DNA of 60,044 bases, filler included, from Sphacelaria rigidula (taxonomy: Eukaryota), in NCBI GenBank assembly GCA_964200075.2. It is 9 parts of 9 records of this genome, joined end to end, with 100 filler letters (N's around TTAATTAATTAA, not from the genome) between each part and the next. Parts side by side here need not be neighbours in the genome. Positions count along the whole stretch, not along the records: positions 53,463 to 60,044 come from CAXNAA020019226.1; 8 more parts are not named here. One strand, given 5' to 3'. Positions 56,640 to 60,044 of this stretch are shown here, piece after piece. A program made the translations under genes and the position numbers. A model generated the notes under the pieces. The model was not told the DNA's origin. It worked only from the letters and a program-made list of their open reading frames with translations, and did not search any database. How positions within the stretch are numbered: the stretch's first letter is position 1; each line of letters starts with the position of its first letter.

Positions 56640-59555
56640 CAGTGTTTGCTCTGTTGCCGTCCGAGGATCAAGGCTTCGGCGGTTCTTTGATCACGGTGGT
56701 GCTGGTGGATAGTGGCGCATCGGAGCACTTCGTCGACTCCCTTCTCATCCCTGACTTGCACAAGCACACGGTGGAGTACTGTGCCCTGCCAGTTCCTCAC
56801 AAGATAATCACTGCTGGGCAGCATGTGCTGGAAGGTTTTGCGAAGGGTATCGTCCAAGGTACTGTCCGGGACTCCGTTGGCACTAATCGGAGAGTAGAAT
56901 TCCCTGCCGTTGTCGTACCTTGTCCTGGGAAATACTTGTTCTCCGTTGCCGCGTCGTCGAAAATGGCAGTCGCGCCAATTTTCGATTCTGTTCAACCGCG
57001 ACTGGGGGAAGATAATACGCTTTACTCTTTTTCGGTTGAGACTACAAGGGTGTGGCTTTACGAGCTGAGACTGCGGATATGTGGCACCGCCGCGTGGCGC
57101 ACATCAACTCTGGGAGTATGAACGTCCTGCGGCGGACACCCGGCAACGGTGTCGAATACAACAGAGAAGCGGAAGCATGCGACACCTACGCTCTCGGCAA
57201 GAGCGCACACCATGCACACCCCAAGAGGGCATCTTACAACGTTCAGCGACCTTTTCAGCTGATTAGTGCCGATCTCATGGGGCCCATCATCCCGGAAGCG
57301 CTGAGTGGCTTCGCGTACGCCGGAAAGTTTGTCGACCAACATACCAAGTGGGTTGATCTCTTCCTGCTCAAACGAAAGCAGGATGCAGTTATCACCTTGC
57401 AGCTCTTCGTTCAATCCCCGACTATCCCGAGCGGGTTGCTTCTGGAGCGTCTTCGACCCGACAAAGGTTGGGGTGTACGCGGGTTCGGCATTCCGCCAGT
57501 ACTGTCTGGATATCGGCGTGAAACTCGAGTTTGCTCCCACCAACACCCTTCAGCAGATTGGAGGTAACGAACGAGCCGGGAGGTCACTAGCTGGAGTTGT
57601 GCGCTGCTTGCTCTCGGATTCCTGTCTACCGCATTTTCTTTAGGGGGAGCAGTTCATGCAGACGGCCGTCTACCTCGGCAATCGATCACCGCACGCGGCC
57701 GTGGACACCGCAACGCCGTACGCAACCTTCTACGGCCAAGAGGCGAATCTTAAACACCTTCAGACCATCGGGGCCAGAACGTTTGTGCACATTGAAACGC
57801 ACACCAGAAAGCTGCAGCCTTGAGCCTGGAGAGGTCGCCACGTCGGGTACAGCATGGATGGACAGCAAGCCATTTCGCATCTACAACCCCGAGAAACGCA
57901 ACGTGTGAGAGAGCCGCATCGTGATCATCATCGAGACACCATCCACCGTGACTGAGCTTGACTTGGTGAATGATTGTGGTTTTGACGAGAGCAAGTTCAC
58001 CTATCTCGACCAAGACAATCTTGTGAGGGACATGCGAGATTACACTTCGCGTCTCGATCTCAGCTCCGAATCTAATCAGCACAAGACTGCAAATGAATCG
58101 GTGCTCGAGCTCCTACGTCTGACCCACGAGACAACTAACCGTGATCTCAAGGTGAGCCCTTCGAGCTCAGTGTCACCACCAACTCCTCCGATCACTGCTT
58201 CTCCCATACGTTTTCCACACTCTTCAGGGGGATTGACCTCGTCTGCTTCAAGAGGGATCACTGACGCGCCTGGCAGTGCTGCACCTCACGCGAGAACTTC
58301 TCGGGAACTCCGTTGTTTGGCGTACTACACGAAGATAGTTTTTCCGGACGTTGCTCATCGGGATGCTTCCGCAAATTTGTCGAATATACATATGCGGCAA
58401 CCAGCATCTAAACCAACCGTCGTTCGGAGAAGGAGAACGTCCAGATCATCCCCAACACCTTCAAGGAGGCCATGGATTTGCCGGAAGCCCAGAAATGGAA
58501 AGAGGCATCTGAGGTGGAAATGAGGAGTCTCCGAGACCTCGAGGTATTTTTTCTTGTACCACGTTCAAGCGTTTCTCCGGGAAAGACGATAAGAGGGTCG
58601 AAGTGGGTGTACAAGGTGAAGTCGGATGGTACCCACAAAGCGCGCCTAGTTGCTCAGGGTTGGAACCAAGTACCAGGTAGAGATTGCGGCGGCACCTATT
58701 CCCCAGTGTGCAGGCTCCAGAGCATCAGGACGGTTCTTGCCCTCGCAGCGGAGAAAGACTGGGTAATATACCAATTGGACGTTCAGACTGCTTTTTTGGA
58801 CGTAGATGTCGACGAGGAGGTTCACGTGAAAATGGAACCAGGCTTTGAAGCCTCGAACGAGAGCGGAGATCCTTTCGTGACGAAGCTGCAGAAAAGCCTC
58901 TACGGCTTAGCTCAAAGCCCCCAGAACTGGTGAAAAACAATCGACCCCAGCCCGGTGGAAATCGGATTTGTGCCCTTAAGCCGTCGCGCCCCGGTGGTGT
59001 AATGGTCCGACGGTCGCCATTAGGGTGGAGAGAACGGGGGTTCGATTCCCGATGCGTTGGGTCTTTTCTTCGTCATGTATGATTTTCACCGTGGAAAGCG
59101 TGAGAACGTGAGTAAACAAAAGTAGGCGACTGGGTTGTGTGACGTGAGTTGACGTGGTGCGGGAGTGCTGATCCAATCCGCGAGATCAATGAAAGGCTCG
59201 TACCGGGGGAGAGATGGGTTGATCCCTTGAGACCACGGACTCATCCCGAAGAAGGAGAGGGGTTCAAAGTGTGGGGAAAAACAAAAAAAGTCTGACACCT
59301 GTGCCTACATCGACAGTTGCAACAACACCGTCATCATCCTGACGCGCTGTACGTGAATGATCTTCTCCTAATCGGGGGGGATATTCGCGAGCTAGAAAGT
59401 ATCAACAAGAACTTGATGGGTAGATTCAAGATGAAGGGTTTCGGAGATGTGCAGCATTTTCTGGGCATGGGAGTCACGCGTGACCGAAAGAACGGCACGT
59501 TGGCAATCAGCTAGGAAAGTTACACCAGGTCTATTCTGGAGCGGTTTGGTGTGGC
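56640..59555 (+). mobile_element. pol: Decayed Ty1/copia LTR retrotransposon pol (protease, integrase, RT)
   Basis: VDSGASEH; WHRRVAH; ISADLMGP; RLR.DKG; QQIGGNER; KWVYKVK...KARLVAQG; QLDVQTAFL; LQKSLYGLAQSP; LYVNDLL (YVDD decayed); copia domain order with stops and frameshifts. Confidence 0.93.
58981..59287 (+). mobile_element. tRNA-derived SINE inserted in the copia RT
   Basis: A-box tggtgtaatgg, B-box ggttcgattcc, A-rich tail; splits the GFVPL-KSDTCAY motif, with AAG on both sides. Confidence 0.8.
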
Positions 59556-60044
59556 TAGCACACAACAGACCAACTGTTCATCCAGAAAAGGTATGCAAAT
59601 ACAACCGTACCGTCTGTGCCGTCGGAGTGGCGCCTCTCATGACAGCACGAGTTCCGCCCTGATGTACCCCCTTCAGGATCTCGACCGCCAATAATATCAT
59701 ACATACGCGGAAAACCGATTGGGCGGCACACGCCCGTAACGTTGCTTCCGCTGCACATAAACCACTCTACCATCGATTTCGTCGACGCGACGTACTTTCG
59801 TCGACTAGAAAGCACCGCTCAACTCACCACTATCAGAGATTGACAACTTAAGGAATGGAAGCCAAGTTGGATTGGACGTGAGGGAGTACACCCTTCAACA
59901 ACGAATTTTTTGCAGATGCTTTCGAATTTTGTCACATTATGCACTCCCGCCCCTCCCCCCCCCGACTTGGGGGGGGGTATGGGGGGGTAGGGAAAACCTC
60001 ATGAATCACCCGTTCGAAAACAGTGTGACAAAATTCGAAAGCAT

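Noticed and set aside
58985..59060. Functional tRNA gene
   Set aside because: A/B boxes are present but there is no complete cloverleaf, and the sequence continues into a SINE body and tail. The same applies to 33612-33680.

Overview
Eukaryotic, transposon-rich genomic DNA, most consistent with a brown alga. That assignment is inferred from long GT-AG introns, exon-encoded 42-aa TPR modules and TTAGGG-like repeats. The window is not one locus. It is nine contigs of 6583/6582 bp, joined in size order by 100-bp N spacers that carry TTAATTAATTAA, so adjacency across spacers has no biological meaning. Host-gene fragments: the last four exons of a TPR-repeat gene (40923-43386), exons of a Ulp1/SENP-family SUMO protease (about 47920-52732), and the first exon of a MYND zinc-finger gene (39055-39180, minus). 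Recognisable repeats: a decayed Ty3/gypsy element, a decayed Ty1/copia element, two non-LTR retrotransposon lineages, tRNA-derived SINEs, a probable solo LTR and many MITE families (Sola2-like, piggyBac-like, Tc1/mariner- and Stowaway-like). Several kb remain unassigned. The most unusual signal is a LINE family whose 3' end folds into a conserved three-way junction. It inserts into C-tracts instead of A-tracts, and it leaves ~67-nt copies that start at the same nucleotide. Most ORFs in the supplied track are spurious.
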